A DNA stretch of 34,521 nucleotides from a virus (IMGVR_UViG_3300033485_000053:1-34521), one strand, 5' to 3'; positions 1-8,069 are shown, numbered from the stretch's first letter. The notes: generated by a model from the sequence alone, not told the origin. Numbers and translations are program-made.

Positions 1-2
1 CA

Positions 3-158
3 GCTACAAACGCCAGCCGGTGCGACCTTTACGCGCCAGGAGAAAAGGTTTGCCTAGATGTGGACGGAGAGAATGGCCCGGCAGATGAAACGAGCGATGA
101 GGAAGCGATTTTGGCAATTTGCGAACATAGCGGAAGAGGCAGGAATGGATGTGTCTAA
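3..158 (+). CDS. Partial hypothetical cassette protein (5' end outside window)
   Basis: Frame 3 is open from the edge (ATNASRCDLY...GRNGCV*). Its TAA lies inside the GTCTAAC core site at 153-159. Confidence 0.5.
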   Translation, partial: ATNASRCDLYAPGEKVCLDVDGENGPADETSDEEAILAICEHSGRGRNGCV

Positions 159-278
159 CGAAAAATTAACCAGCGGTGCGATTGATGCACCTAAACAGGA
201 GAAATAAACATGGACGACACCACTGACGATATAAACAATCCCGCTGGCGCACCGTCTGCGTTGAATGTAGGGTTGGGC
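153..278 (-). repeat. attC-like site 1 (126 bp, long loop)
   Basis: GTCTAAC...TTAAC-CAG-CGGTGCG pairs with CGCACCG-T-CTG-C-GTT-G-AA...GTTGGGC; unpaired T, C and G lie on the + strand right arm. Confidence 0.85.
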
Positions 279-419
279 ATCGGAACCCTATTTGCTCTTT
301 CTGGCTGTTCTGGCGCGACAGGAAACATCACTGCGACCGATCCAACAGAGCGCGGATTATCGTATCTTGCCGCTGCCATTGTCACAGCCGCAGTAATTAA
401 AGCGATATGCAACAAGTGA
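210..419 (+). CDS. Cassette A: small hydrophobic protein, possible lipoprotein
   Basis: AGGAG RBS at 197-201 and ATG 210 are in the attC loop. Lipobox-like LSGC and a hydrophobic C-terminal helix. Confidence 0.6.
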   Translation: MDDTTDDINNPAGAPSALNVGLGIGTLFALSGCSGATGNITATDPTERGLSYLAAAIVTAAVIKAICNK

Positions 420-420
420 T

Positions 421-525
421 GCCCAACGTGGAGGTAAGCCGCAACCAACAGCGGCAACAAAATGATGAATGAAACCACAAACTCAAGCCCGCTGTTGGTT
501 GTCGGACTTGACCGTAAAGTTAGCC
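421..525 (-). repeat. attC-like site 2 (105 bp)
   Basis: GCCCAAC-GTGGA-GGTAAG-CCG-CAACCAACAGCGG pairs with CCGCTGTTGGTTG-T-CGG-A-CTT-G-ACC...GTTAGCC. Confidence 0.9.
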
Positions 526-776
526 CGCCGCCATGCCCATTTTGCGGGAAGCCGGTTGACCTTACCGACGAAGATACGCTCTATCAATCCGGTTCCGGAT
601 GGAAATTCGATGAGGATTTGCAAATGCGAACATATCACCGGATTAACGAAGTGCCAAAGGAGCAATGGTGCTACGGAATGCACTGCCCGGAGCCAGCGGG
701 AGGGTGTGGTGCAGAGATACATGGTGACAGCAAGGATGAGGCGCTAGCGAAGTGGAGCAAGTGGGCTAACGAATGA
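462..776 (+). CDS. Cassette B: Lar-like (restriction alleviation family) zinc-binding protein
   Basis: PCPFCG ... C..GGCGA ... SKDEALAKW pattern typical of Lar-family phage proteins. Starts inside attC 2. Confidence 0.7.
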   Translation: MMNETTNSSPLLVVGLDRKVSPPPCPFCGKPVDLTDEDTLYQSGSGWKFDEDLQMRTYHRINEVPKEQWCYGMHCPEPAGGCGAEIHGDSKDEALAKWSKWANE

Positions 777-828
777 AGCTCAGGGGCGGGCGGCTTCTCG
801 CCCGTCCCGCTGGAGCGACCAGTTAGGC
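764..828 (-). repeat. attC-like site 3 (65 bp)
   Basis: GGCTAAC...GCT-CAG-GGG-CGGGCG pairs with CGCCCG-T-CCC-G-CTG-G-AGC-GACCA-GTTAGGC. Confidence 0.9.
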
Positions 829-856
829 TAGGTTTTTTTGATAAGAGGAGAAAAGC

Positions 857-1123
857 ATGGAATACAAACACGTTTTTACAGGATCGTCAGAAACAGAAGG
901 CGAGCTGCGCACCTTCTTGGGCGCAGCGGAATCACTTGATAGCGGAGTGCCAAGAAAACTGTTTACGAACGACTACTACTGGAAAGTGATGACCGTCGGG
1001 CGTAATGGCGAGAAAGACGCTTATCCGAGGTCGCAGGCCAAGGACGACATGGGCGGATTTTTTGAAGAGCGTGACGGGCTTGTTTATCTGACAGAAAAGG
1101 CGAAGAGCTGCATACATGCCTAA
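857..1123 (+). CDS. Cassette C: hypothetical protein
   Basis: GAGGAG RBS upstream. Stop TAA is inside the GCCTAAC core site. Confidence 0.75.
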   Translation: MEYKHVFTGSSETEGELRTFLGAAESLDSGVPRKLFTNDYYWKVMTVGRNGEKDAYPRSQAKDDMGGFFEERDGLVYLTEKAKSCIHA

Positions 1124-1177
1124 CGCAAAGGTAAGCGGCGGAGCGTAGCGGAGTCCGCCTTGACCGTATGGTTAGGC
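1118..1177 (-). repeat. attC-like site 4 (60 bp)
   Basis: GCCTAAC-GCAAA-GGTAAG-CGG pairs with T-CCG-C-CTT-G-ACC-GTATG-GTTAGGC. Confidence 0.9.
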
Positions 1178-1200
1178 ATTTGACAATAGGAGATGAAAAG

Positions 1201-1377
1201 ATGATAGCAATAGAAACTAGATGCCGTTGCGCAAGATGCAAAAAAATAATAAAAGGAAAGCAAAATATCGCTAATTATGAAAAATATAAGCCATATTGCA
1301 GCTACCACTGCCAACAGTGGCACTGACTGGAAGAAGCGCAAAGGCACATAAAAACATTAGTGCCTAACGTGAAATAG
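1201..1377 (+). pseudogene. Cassette D: small zinc-finger protein with in-frame TGA at 1324-1326
   Basis: AGGAG RBS at 1188-1192. MIAIETRCRCARCKK...KPYCSYHCQQWH*LEEAQRHIKTLVPNVK*; CxxC...PYCSxxC resembles a YacG-like finger. Confidence 0.55.
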
Positions 1378-1470
1378 ATACCCTAAAAACTCCGACTAAT
1401 GCACCTTTATTTTTTGTAGTAGCATGAAAGCAAAGTTAATTTTTTAACTAAAAGCGCAGATTTTTACACC
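1362..1470 (-). repeat. attI-like terminal site, copy 1
   Basis: Core site GCCTAAC without a hairpin partner, then sequence 90/105 identical (ungapped, hand-aligned from the AAC) to 8941-9045. Confidence 0.7.
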
Positions 1471-1698
1471 ATGCCAGAACAAATCTGTGGAACCTGCAAC
1501 CATGCATCATTTGGTAAAACGAATGACTGCACCGCCGCAAGCAATATCTGGGAGCGTGGCAGACACATCGAACCGTGGCTAGTAGAGTGTATGCACAATC
1601 CAGCAAAGTGGGAGCCGATAAATACTCACAAAGACTGGGCATCGAAAGCTGTTAGAATAGAAACTATCAAAAACGCATTGAAGAAAGCCGAAGAATGA
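1471..1698 (+). CDS. Hypothetical Cys-containing phage protein
   Basis: ORF whose stop overlaps the next start (ATGA). No clear RBS; ATG abuts the 105-bp repeat. Confidence 0.55.
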   Translation: MPEQICGTCNHASFGKTNDCTAASNIWERGRHIEPWLVECMHNPAKWEPINTHKDWASKAVRIETIKNALKKAEE

Positions 1699-2114
1699 CA
1701 TCACCATACGCATTTGCAAATAAACAAAAAGCACCTATCCCGTTGGAGCATGATATTCAATGTGCATACTTTGAGTGGGCGCGTAATCCTGCAACGCTGA
1801 AAAAATATCCAAAGATACGCTGGCTGCACGCAATAGCCAATGGCGGGGCGCGTCATGTCGTGGTGGCGGTTAAATTGAAGCGAGAAGGTGTTTTAAAGGG
1901 CATTCTCGATGTTTGTCTGCCATGCTGTAGTGGTGATAAGCATGTTACCTATTCGACGCTCAGAATCGAGTTTAAACGCCCAAAAGAGAAAGAAACGAAA
2001 GAGCAGATCGAATTCGCTGAATTTTGCCGCAACGAAGGGCAGAAATGCGTTGTCTGTTTTGATTCTATCGACGCAATACAGATAACCAAAGATTATTTGG
2101 AGGGTAAATTATGA
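1695..2114 (+). CDS. VRR-NUC family (PD-(D/E)xK) nuclease
   Basis: EHDIQ...HAIANGG.R...LKREGVLKGILD...IEFK....QIEF motifs. Confidence 0.85.
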   Translation: MTSPYAFANKQKAPIPLEHDIQCAYFEWARNPATLKKYPKIRWLHAIANGGARHVVVAVKLKREGVLKGILDVCLPCCSGDKHVTYSTLRIEFKRPKEKETKEQIEFAEFCRNEGQKCVVCFDSIDAIQITKDYLEGKL

Positions 2115-2311
2115 TTGACGATTCTATGATTGCACGATTGCTAGAGCAATGTGATCTGAATGACGCTGTACCTACCGTATATCGTGAAGAGTTAAAACAA
2201 TTCGCCCGTGCTTGCTATGCTGCCGGGCGTGATGATGAAAAATTTGATTCAATTCGTTCTATAGCTAATCTCGCAAAGCAAGGCGAACATCCCCTAATCT
2301 CCAATACCTAG
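2111..2311 (+). CDS. Hypothetical protein
   Basis: ATGA-coupled to the nuclease gene with GAGG RBS. Overlaps the convergent gene at its 3' end. Confidence 0.55.
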   Translation: MIDDSMIARLLEQCDLNDAVPTVYREELKQFARACYAAGRDDEKFDSIRSIANLAKQGEHPLISNT

Positions 2312-2477
2312 TGACCCTCCCGCGAATCTTCACAGGTTGCGGGATTGTTTTATCTGTTATAGCTCTACCTATGAAATATGGCGTATTCTTGATTCCGTAT
2401 ATCTCGACAATCTCTGCACAAGTTAGATATACGCCGTCCTCCCATTTATTCATGCGTGGCGGGATATTCGGAGTCAT
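2265..2477 (-). CDS. AlpA/excisionase-like winged-helix protein
   Basis: YLT.AEI.E.YG...IPQPVKI.GR..R.WRLGDV. ATG 2477 is coupled to the upstream stop. Confidence 0.6.
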   Translation of the reverse strand: MTPNIPPRMNKWEDGVYLTCAEIVEIYGIKNTPYFIGRAITDKTIPQPVKIRGRVTRYWRLGDVRLALRD

Positions 2478-2791
2478 TTCATACGTCCAATTTCTGCTGA
2501 AGCGCAAACTATTGCGCGACGAGTTGCTTCTTCATTTCCGTATCCTATATCTGTTTTTTCTGTAACTGATTCTCCATTGCCGAATTTTACTTCAGTTGCG
2601 TATGCTCGAAAATCTATTCCCAGTCTCAATTTAACTGCCAAACACAAAGCATCACCGTCATCCTCTAACGGGTTCCATATCGCGCCGTTTTCAGTAAAAA
2701 AAGCATTTAATGGATGCTGATTACCGTCTAAGTTTTGTAATATTATCCCTGCTGCCTTCGCCGCTAATTCCAACAATTCTTTATCGTTCAT
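2474..2791 (-). CDS. Conserved phage hypothetical protein
   Basis: MNDKELLELAAKAAG...WNPLEDDGDAL.LAVKL...ATRRAIV pattern; ATGA coupling. Confidence 0.8.
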   Translation of the reverse strand: MNDKELLELAAKAAGIILQNLDGNQHPLNAFFTENGAIWNPLEDDGDALCLAVKLRLGIDFRAYATEVKFGNGESVTEKTDIGYGNEEATRRAIVCASAEIGRMK

Positions 2792-2970
2792 GTCAACCAT
2801 CTCCCAATAATAACCATCCCCGCATAAGCCAATACCCACCATTGCCAGCCTTTTCCTGAATCCATGTCATCAGGCTCATCCAACAATGCGCGATAACCGT
2901 ATGCTTCAGTAAGCGTGCGCGGGAAACGGTTTACGCATAGACCGTATTCTGCGTGTAGATTGTCAGGCAT
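2788..2970 (-). CDS. Small hypothetical membrane protein
   Basis: RFPRTL.EA motif and C-terminal hydrophobic helix; overlaps neighbours in the operon. Confidence 0.6.
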   Translation of the reverse strand: MPDNLHAEYGLCVNRFPRTLTEAYGYRALLDEPDDMDSGKGWQWWVLAYAGMVIIGRWLT

Positions 2971-3229
2971 AAGGATGCTCCGTTTCTTTTTGATTTATGC
3001 TATATTCCGAAATCTGCTCATCTGTCATTTCGTCAGGGCAAAATTCAATCATCAAAGAATCAATCTTTGCTTGTTGAGAATTGCATCTTTTCTCAAACAT
3101 TTCACTTGCTGCAATAGCCATACGCGCCGAGGCTTCAGCATTGCCGAGGTCGTGGCGAAGTGTTGCGATTTCTTTTTTCAATTCAGAGATTTCCTTTTCG
3201 CATTGCTCAACAGCTTGTAATAAGCTCAT
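2963..3229 (-). CDS. Hypothetical coiled-coil phage protein
   Basis: AGGAG RBS; QAKIDSLM.E.CPDEMT.EQ motif recurrent in phage proteins. Confidence 0.75.
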   Translation of the reverse strand: MSLLQAVEQCEKEISELKKEIATLRHDLGNAEASARMAIAASEMFEKRCNSQQAKIDSLMIEFCPDEMTDEQISEYSINQKETEHPYA

Positions 3230-3241
3230 TTTGTAATCTCC

Positions 3242-3526
3242 TTATTCTTGCATAAACATCAAAGAGTCAGGCACAACGAATTCCATCCGTTTATCCTTAT
3301 CCATTGCGCGATATACCAGCAATTTACCGCGAATGCGTTTAAGAAAATCGTTTATTGCTGATTGTGGCGTTGCGCCATTACCATGTGTTGATTCCAAGCA
3401 GGCAGAACCAGCTTTATCCTTGAACTCGCAATTATAGAATGACGCGCTCCAACGGCTTTTCTGGTTAGGGTAATAGATTAAGCGAATTTCGATGTTAAGC
3501 GTATCGCAATAGTCTTGAATGTTCAT
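3242..3526 (-). CDS. Hypothetical protein
   Basis: RBS and ATGA coupling within the leftward operon. Confidence 0.7.
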   Translation of the reverse strand: MNIQDYCDTLNIEIRLIYYPNQKSRWSASFYNCEFKDKAGSACLESTHGNGATPQSAINDFLKRIRGKLLVYRAMDKDKRMEFVVPDSLMFMQE

Positions 3527-3720
3527 TTCATCTCCTTAGTAATATCCAGCGAGGTGCTGGTCAACTGCATATCAAATTCTTCGCAAGCCATTAACTGCCT
3601 AGCCAATACATACAGTGATACAGGGCATCCGGAACGCTCTACCATGCGTCTTGCAGCCTGCCGACCGATACTAGGATATAGACGGGCAGCGCGTAATGCT
3701 ATTTGTGCGTTTGGTGTCAT
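3523..3720 (-). CDS. Hypothetical protein
   Basis: ATGA coupling on both sides. Confidence 0.65.
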   Translation of the reverse strand: MTPNAQIALRAARLYPSIGRQAARRMVERSGCPVSLYVLARQLMACEEFDMQLTSTSLDITKEMK

Positions 3721-4133
3721 TTTTTCCTCATTTCTTCTGCCATAGCAGCAATAGCATCAGCAAGCCATAAACCATCTTCACTTTTGAAAAAAGCGAATTT
3801 ATCCAGTAGTTGTTCAAGAGCATCAGCACTAGCCTGCATACTCGATTCTGCATCGTGCTTGTCGAGCCATTGCTGGATGGATGTGGCAGTGGCGCTGAGT
3901 GCCGCTTCTTGTAAAATAAAAGCGTTCTCGCCCGCCTCCGCGATGCTATCTTGTGCGTCCGGTAAGTGACAATACATATTTGCATATTTTCTGGCGCGCT
4001 CGACTTCATTGATAGCTTCGGCCAGCATCGCGTTGTGTGCAGCAAGCCGCTCGTTCTCGACTTTGAGTTCTGCAACCTCTTCTCGCAGACGCTTGGCTGC
4101 GTCAAGTTCCATTTGCACTAGTAAGCTGGTCAT
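3717..4133 (-). CDS. Hypothetical coiled-coil protein
   Basis: AGGAG RBS and ATGA coupling. Confidence 0.7.
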   Translation of the reverse strand: MTSLLVQMELDAAKRLREEVAELKVENERLAAHNAMLAEAINEVERARKYANMYCHLPDAQDSIAEAGENAFILQEAALSATATSIQQWLDKHDAESSMQASADALEQLLDKFAFFKSEDGLWLADAIAAMAEEMRKK

Positions 4134-4777
4134 TTCTTCTCTCCTATTATTCCGTGGGCGGCTTCTACTGCGCGAGTATAGTCAATCCAATCCTCGGCAT
4201 CCATTTTATAAGAACGCACAGTATTCTGTGCAATTTTTAGTACTACCTCCTCACTCAGCGGCTTCTGCTGTGGGAATGGTTCGGCATACAAAGGCTTTGC
4301 CAGATGCCTAGTGCTGGGCATCAATGATTTTGTATCATAAACAAGATGCCCAGCAACTCCTTGCCAAGCAACTGGCTCCTGCTCCATCAGTTCCTTATCG
4401 CGTTCTTCGCGTCCGGCCTGCTTGCCTCCTTCATAAGCCGCCGCAGTGCTGATTGCGCAGGAATCTACCCCGCGCTGATACTCTGCCGCTTTGATGGCGG
4501 CTAGTTCTTCTTGTCCTTTATCAGACATTTTTAATGTGGGCATAAGATGGCATACTAAAGCCTGCTGCGCTGCTAGTTTATCTTGTGCAATGTATGCCTG
4601 CGTATCTGCCGCAAGTCTCGTGCTAAGCAATTCAGATTCCAGTTCCGTAATCCTCTGTTGGCTTTGTTCGGTGGCCGCTTTCCATACATCGAACTCACTC
4701 CGGCCTGCATCCAGTGCTTTACCTTCGTTTCCCTTCCAAGTCTCAAACGCTTCCCGCATATCAGATTCGTAATTCAT
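4130..4777 (-). CDS. Hypothetical phage protein (starts MNYESD)
   Basis: QEPVAW...PLYA.P motif typical of phage accessory proteins. The longer ORF-track version extends into the IS. Confidence 0.75.
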   Translation of the reverse strand: MNYESDMREAFETWKGNEGKALDAGRSEFDVWKAATEQSQQRITELESELLSTRLAADTQAYIAQDKLAAQQALVCHLMPTLKMSDKGQEELAAIKAAEYQRGVDSCAISTAAAYEGGKQAGREERDKELMEQEPVAWQGVAGHLVYDTKSLMPSTRHLAKPLYAEPFPQQKPLSEEVVLKIAQNTVRSYKMDAEDWIDYTRAVEAAHGIIGEKK

Positions 4778-6085
4778 AAAAGTCTCCGTGATACCCCCGG
4801 CTTTAGCCGTGGGGAGGTAAGGAGACGGTTTTGAAGTTGCATTCCCGTCTCGGTTGACAATCTCACACAAATAATATATCGTGTGTAAATGGATGTCAAG
4901 AAAGCATATAGGTTTAGGTTTTACCCAACGCCAGAGCAAGAGCAAATTCTTGCCAAGACGTTCGGGTGCGCTCGCTTCGCCTATAACCACATGCTGCGGA
5001 TACGCACTGATGCGTGGTACAAAGAACAAAAGCGAGTGGGCTACCACGAGACCTCCGCTTTGTTGACTGAGTTGAAAAAGCAGCCTGAAACAATCTGGAT
5101 GAACGAAGTTTCCAGCGTACCAGTGCAACAGTCTCTGCGACATTTGCAAACCGCATTCGGAAATTTTTTCGCCAAGCGTGCCAAGTATCCGGCCTTCAAA
5201 AGCAAACACGACAAGCAGGCAGCGGAATACACTTCCAGTGCCTTCAAATGGGACGGCAAAGCATTGAAACTGGCAAAGATAGATGCGCCGTTAAATATCC
5301 ACTGGTCGCGCACCTTGCCAAAAGCAGCGAAGCCAACCACAGTCACGGTATCCAAGGACGCAGCAGGACGGTACTTCGCTTCGTTACTTTGCGACGACAC
5401 GGTGATGCCGAAGCCGGAAGCCGCAGGACAGATCGGTATTGACTTAGGGCTTACCCACTTCGCCATACTTTCGACTGGCGAGAAGATTGCAGCACCAAAC
5501 ACGTTCCGCAAGAATGAATCCAAGCTCGCAAAGTTACAGAGGCGACTGGCGAAGAAGCAAAAAGGCTCGGCAAACAGATTCAAGGCCAAGCGCAAAGTAG
5601 CAAGGCTACATGCCAAGACGGCAGATACCCGCAGGGATTTTCTACACAAACTTTCAACCCGGCTGGTCAACGAAAACCAAGTTATCGCCATTGAAAGTCT
5701 CGCCGTCAGCAACATGCAGAAGAACCACTGTTTGGCAAAGTCAATCAGCGATGCTGGCTGGTCAGAGTTTGTCAGGCAGCTCGAATACAAGTCGCTGTGG
5801 TACGGGCGCACCTTGGTCGGCATTGACCGCTGGTATCCATCCAGCAAGCGATGCTCCGACTGTGGGCATACTGTACCAAAAATGCCGTTGAAAGTTCGCG
5901 AGTGGGTATGCCCAGAGTGCGGCAGTATCCATGATCGAGACATCAATGCAGCGCGCAATGTTTTAACCGCTGGGCTTGCGGGGTTAGCCCATGGAGTCGA
6001 AGTAAGTCCTGTCATCATTTGATTGTTGTCGGGCATTTGTCTGTGAAGTGGGAATTCCCTGCCTTTAGGCATGGGGAGCAGTCAA
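4778..6085 (+). mobile_element. IS200/IS605-family element, tnpB only (no tnpA)
   Basis: Left end GATA-CCCCCGGCTTTAGCCGTGGGG (4790-4814). Right end GAAT-TCCCTGCCTTTAGGCATGGGG (6052-6076) ending in TCAA (6082-6085). Inserted 3' of TCAT. Confidence 0.9.
4889..6022 (+). CDS. tnpB: RNA-guided endonuclease TnpB
   Basis: KAYRFRFYPT..Q...L..TFGC.RF N-terminus; RuvC GIDLG, IAIESL and DRDINAARN; CSDC/CPEC zinc finger. Confidence 0.95.
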   Translation: MDVKKAYRFRFYPTPEQEQILAKTFGCARFAYNHMLRIRTDAWYKEQKRVGYHETSALLTELKKQPETIWMNEVSSVPVQQSLRHLQTAFGNFFAKRAKYPAFKSKHDKQAAEYTSSAFKWDGKALKLAKIDAPLNIHWSRTLPKAAKPTTVTVSKDAAGRYFASLLCDDTVMPKPEAAGQIGIDLGLTHFAILSTGEKIAAPNTFRKNESKLAKLQRRLAKKQKGSANRFKAKRKVARLHAKTADTRRDFLHKLSTRLVNENQVIAIESLAVSNMQKNHCLAKSISDAGWSEFVRQLEYKSLWYGRTLVGIDRWYPSSKRCSDCGHTVPKMPLKVREWVCPECGSIHDRDINAARNVLTAGLAGLAHGVEVSPVII

Positions 6086-6105
6086 TTCATATCCTCCGCA
6101 ATAGC
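5950..6105 (+). ncRNA. Predicted TnpB omega/reRNA (5' boundary uncertain), guide from the flank at 6086-~6105
   Basis: Inferred from the established TnpB reRNA layout: tnpB 3' end, right end and 3' flank. Confidence 0.5.
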
Positions 6106-6249
6106 TTTAATAGAAACGGTAATCAACTCACGCTTATCCTGCAACAGCAATATCTGGCTACACGCTACAGCCATTTGCTTATCAATCAGGTCTAAATCGC
6201 TTGCCAATGCTGCGAGTGCAATGGCTTTATCAGATAGGGTAATCATCAT
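6082..6249 (-). CDS. Small hypothetical protein (55 aa)
   Basis: MMITLSDKAIALAALASDL...AEDMN*. ATGA-coupled to the upstream gene; the stop is supplied by the IS end. Confidence 0.65.
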   Translation of the reverse strand: MMITLSDKAIALAALASDLDLIDKQMAVACSQILLLQDKRELITVSIKAIAEDMN

Positions 6250-6674
6250 ATCTCCTTAACAATAACATCATCAGAAGATGCGCCGATAGAACGCATCACA
6301 GTTTCAATCAGCAAATCGCGGCATTCTGGTAGCTTGCCTGCGACATAAACACCGGACTTGCTCGACTTCCATCCTATTGCACCAGCTGCAATATGGCTTA
6401 TATCCACAATCTCGCCATCCTCTACAACATACAATCCGATGATGCAAGACATTGAACTACGGCTTACATGGCGGATGCAGGTGTAAATCTTCCCAGCAAT
6501 TCCATATCCTCTACCCGCCGGAAGAATCAAGCCATCCAAGTCATCAATACACTGCAAACGATATGCTTCGCGTCCTTTAACGAATGGCAGCTTAATCCAA
6601 TCATCAGATGGTGCGCGTCCATCTAGTTGATAGATTCGTCCGTTTGGGGCGCGGTGGTAAGTATATGAAGTCAT
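6246..6674 (-). CDS. Hypothetical protein
   Basis: 142-aa ORF, ATGA-coupled on both sides. Confidence 0.7.
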   Translation of the reverse strand: MTSYTYHRAPNGRIYQLDGRAPSDDWIKLPFVKGREAYRLQCIDDLDGLILPAGRGYGIAGKIYTCIRHVSRSSMSCIIGLYVVEDGEIVDISHIAAGAIGWKSSKSGVYVAGKLPECRDLLIETVMRSIGASSDDVIVKEI

Positions 6675-7318
6675 TTGTTAGCTTTCTTAGCCGCAATGCG
6701 TTGTTGGTGTCCTAATGACAAGCTAAGAACCATGCCTCGCCATTCATTCCACCATTTCAATGCGCCAGAATCCATTTGTGATATTTCATCATCGGTAAAG
6801 TTTTCCCATTGAGCATGAGAAAATAGCTTGCATCCGATTTTGATGTGCATATCCATAATCAGGACGAAATACTTAGTCCCGATGAGTTGGATAGGTTCGT
6901 TTTCTAGCGGGATACCTTCTCCGTATGTAGCCCCGACCAGATTCGCCCCGTCCAGATTCGCCCCGCGCAGATTCGCCCCGCGCAGATACGCCCCGACCAG
7001 ATACGCCCCGCGCAGATACGCCCCGACCAGATACGCCCCGTCCAGATTCGCCCCGACCAGATACGCCCCGTCCAGATTCGCCCCGACCAGATTCGCCCCG
7101 TCCAGATTCGCCCCGTCCAGATTCGCCCCGACCAGATTCGCCCCGTCCAGATTCGCCCCGCGCAGATTCGCCCCGCGCAGATACGCCCCGACCAGATTCG
7201 CCCCGCGCAGATTCGCCCCAGCACTAAAAGCGGCTTCTACGCATATTTTCATACTTGCGCATTCAAGCGAAAAGATTACAGAGCCAGTAAAGCGGTTTTT
7301 GATTTCAAATAAAGACAT
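6671..7318 (-). CDS. Pentapeptide-repeat protein
   Basis: 19 x GA(N/Y)L(R/V/D), framed by FEIKNRFTG and IKIGC...W..F domains. GGAG 7 nt before ATG 7318. Confidence 0.9.
   Translation of the reverse strand: MSLFEIKNRFTGSVIFSLECASMKICVEAAFSAGANLRGANLVGAYLRGANLRGANLDGANLVGANLDGANLDGANLVGANLDGAYLVGANLDGAYLVGAYLRGAYLVGAYLRGANLRGANLDGANLVGATYGEGIPLENEPIQLIGTKYFVLIMDMHIKIGCKLFSHAQWENFTDDEISQMDSGALKWWNEWRGMVLSLSLGHQQRIAAKKANK
6930..7219. repeat. 15-bp coding tandem repeat, ~19 copies
   Basis: GCCCCG(AC/TC/CG)CAGAT(T/A)C units. Confidence 0.95.
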
Positions 7319-7640
7319 TTTCATTCTCCAAAGTTAAGTTAGTAACGAGTGCCGCGATGTACGGTTACAACAGATTCTGTAGTTTCGCGCAGAATCCGAG
7401 CCGCAGACTTGATGCGTTTCCAATAAGCGCATCGTTTGACGCGCCGAAGTGTGCGCCAGTGGGTAAGTGTGGTGTGAGTGATGCTCATGGCTGCGCGTAT
7501 CATGCTGTCACCTCATTATGTTGTATTGCTGTTGACCAAAGCTCTATTTGTGTCATTGGAACGCCGACGAACTGAGCGCGCAGACGAGCAAAGGTAAGGG
7601 AGAATTCTGCTAGTTCTAGGAAATATGTGCGGGTCATGGC

Positions 7641-7910
7641 TTATTTACCAAGCCATTCTTGCGATTCTTTTTTCATGCCGTCAAGATTTCTAGCAAGCAT
7701 CGCGGCAAAACTGACGAAATAACCAGATTGTGTATTTGTGCTTGCCATATCGGCAGCCCAACGCATATTTTTAGAACGGAGCTGTTGTTCAGCTTGTTCT
7801 GGTGTGAATTTAAGCTCTAAAAGCAACGCGGCGCAGTTTATCCATTGTGAACCATATCTGCTTGAGCTAAATGCATCAGATGTTTTTTTTGCTAATTGTT
7901 TTGCATTCAT
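7641..7910 (-). CDS. Hypothetical protein, first gene of the leftward operon
   Basis: AAGGAG RBS, downstream of the leftward promoter. Confidence 0.75.
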   Translation of the reverse strand: MNAKQLAKKTSDAFSSSRYGSQWINCAALLLELKFTPEQAEQQLRSKNMRWAADMASTNTQSGYFVSFAAMLARNLDGMKKESQEWLGK

Positions 7911-8040
7911 TTTGTAAATCTCCTTTAAGTGTTTAGGTCTATTAGCTGACCGATTAGCTTTGTTGGAAAGGCTGCTAGTTCCTCATTTACCCTCATTTAA
8001 CAGCGAGCCTCACTATCGCCGCACCTAACCAACAGTTCGC

Positions 8041-8069
8041 ATACTATAGATACGATTCAACCTTGTCAA
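8041..8069 (-). promoter_or_regulatory. Sigma70-type leftward promoter
   Basis: TTGACA-17 bp-TAGTAT on the minus strand. Confidence 0.7.

Larger units (their letters stand above)
1..1470 (-). mobile_element. Integron-like cassette array 1 (4 complete cassettes plus a partial one; runs off the left edge)
   Basis: Four attC-like hairpins (153-278, 421-525, 764-828, 1118-1177) alternate with single ORFs and end in a 105-bp attI-like sequence. Strand given is the attC orientation. Confidence 0.85.

Noticed and set aside
153-1177. Hairpins as rho-independent terminators, REP elements or a CRISPR array
   Set aside because: They lack adjacent U-tracts, are not identical repeats, separate whole genes, and have conserved asymmetric bulges and AAC/GTT ends.
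1324-1326. Genome-wide stop-codon reassignment suggested by the in-frame TGA
   Set aside because: TGA, TAA and TAG all end genes normally, with many ATGA overlaps, and the long genes are uninterrupted.
191-1347. Minus-strand ORFs (191-478, 483-722, 932-1117, 1120-1347) as the real cassette genes in canonical orientation
   Set aside because: They show no recognisable motifs and fit cassette bounds poorly. The + strand ORFs have RBSs, family motifs and stops at or near the core sites.
1441-1470. Distal block of the 105-bp repeat as a dif/Xer site
   Set aside because: Only partial resemblance to the XerD arm, with a poor XerC arm and non-standard spacing.
4130-6072. ORF-track 4130-5209 (-) at full length and 5041-6072 (-)
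   Set aside because: These are antisense shadows of tnpB and the IS left end. The real gene starts at 4777.
6086-6090. TTCAT on both sides of the IS as a target-site duplication
   Set aside because: IS200/IS605 elements do not make duplications, and keeping both copies restores a sensible ATGA gene overlap. An empty allele would settle it.
6828-7337. Alternative-frame repeat ORFs (RFAP.. on +, GRIW.. on -) or a CRISPR call
   Set aside because: They are by-products of a stop-free 15-bp repeat with no spacers. The pentapeptide frame has an RBS and proper flanking domains.
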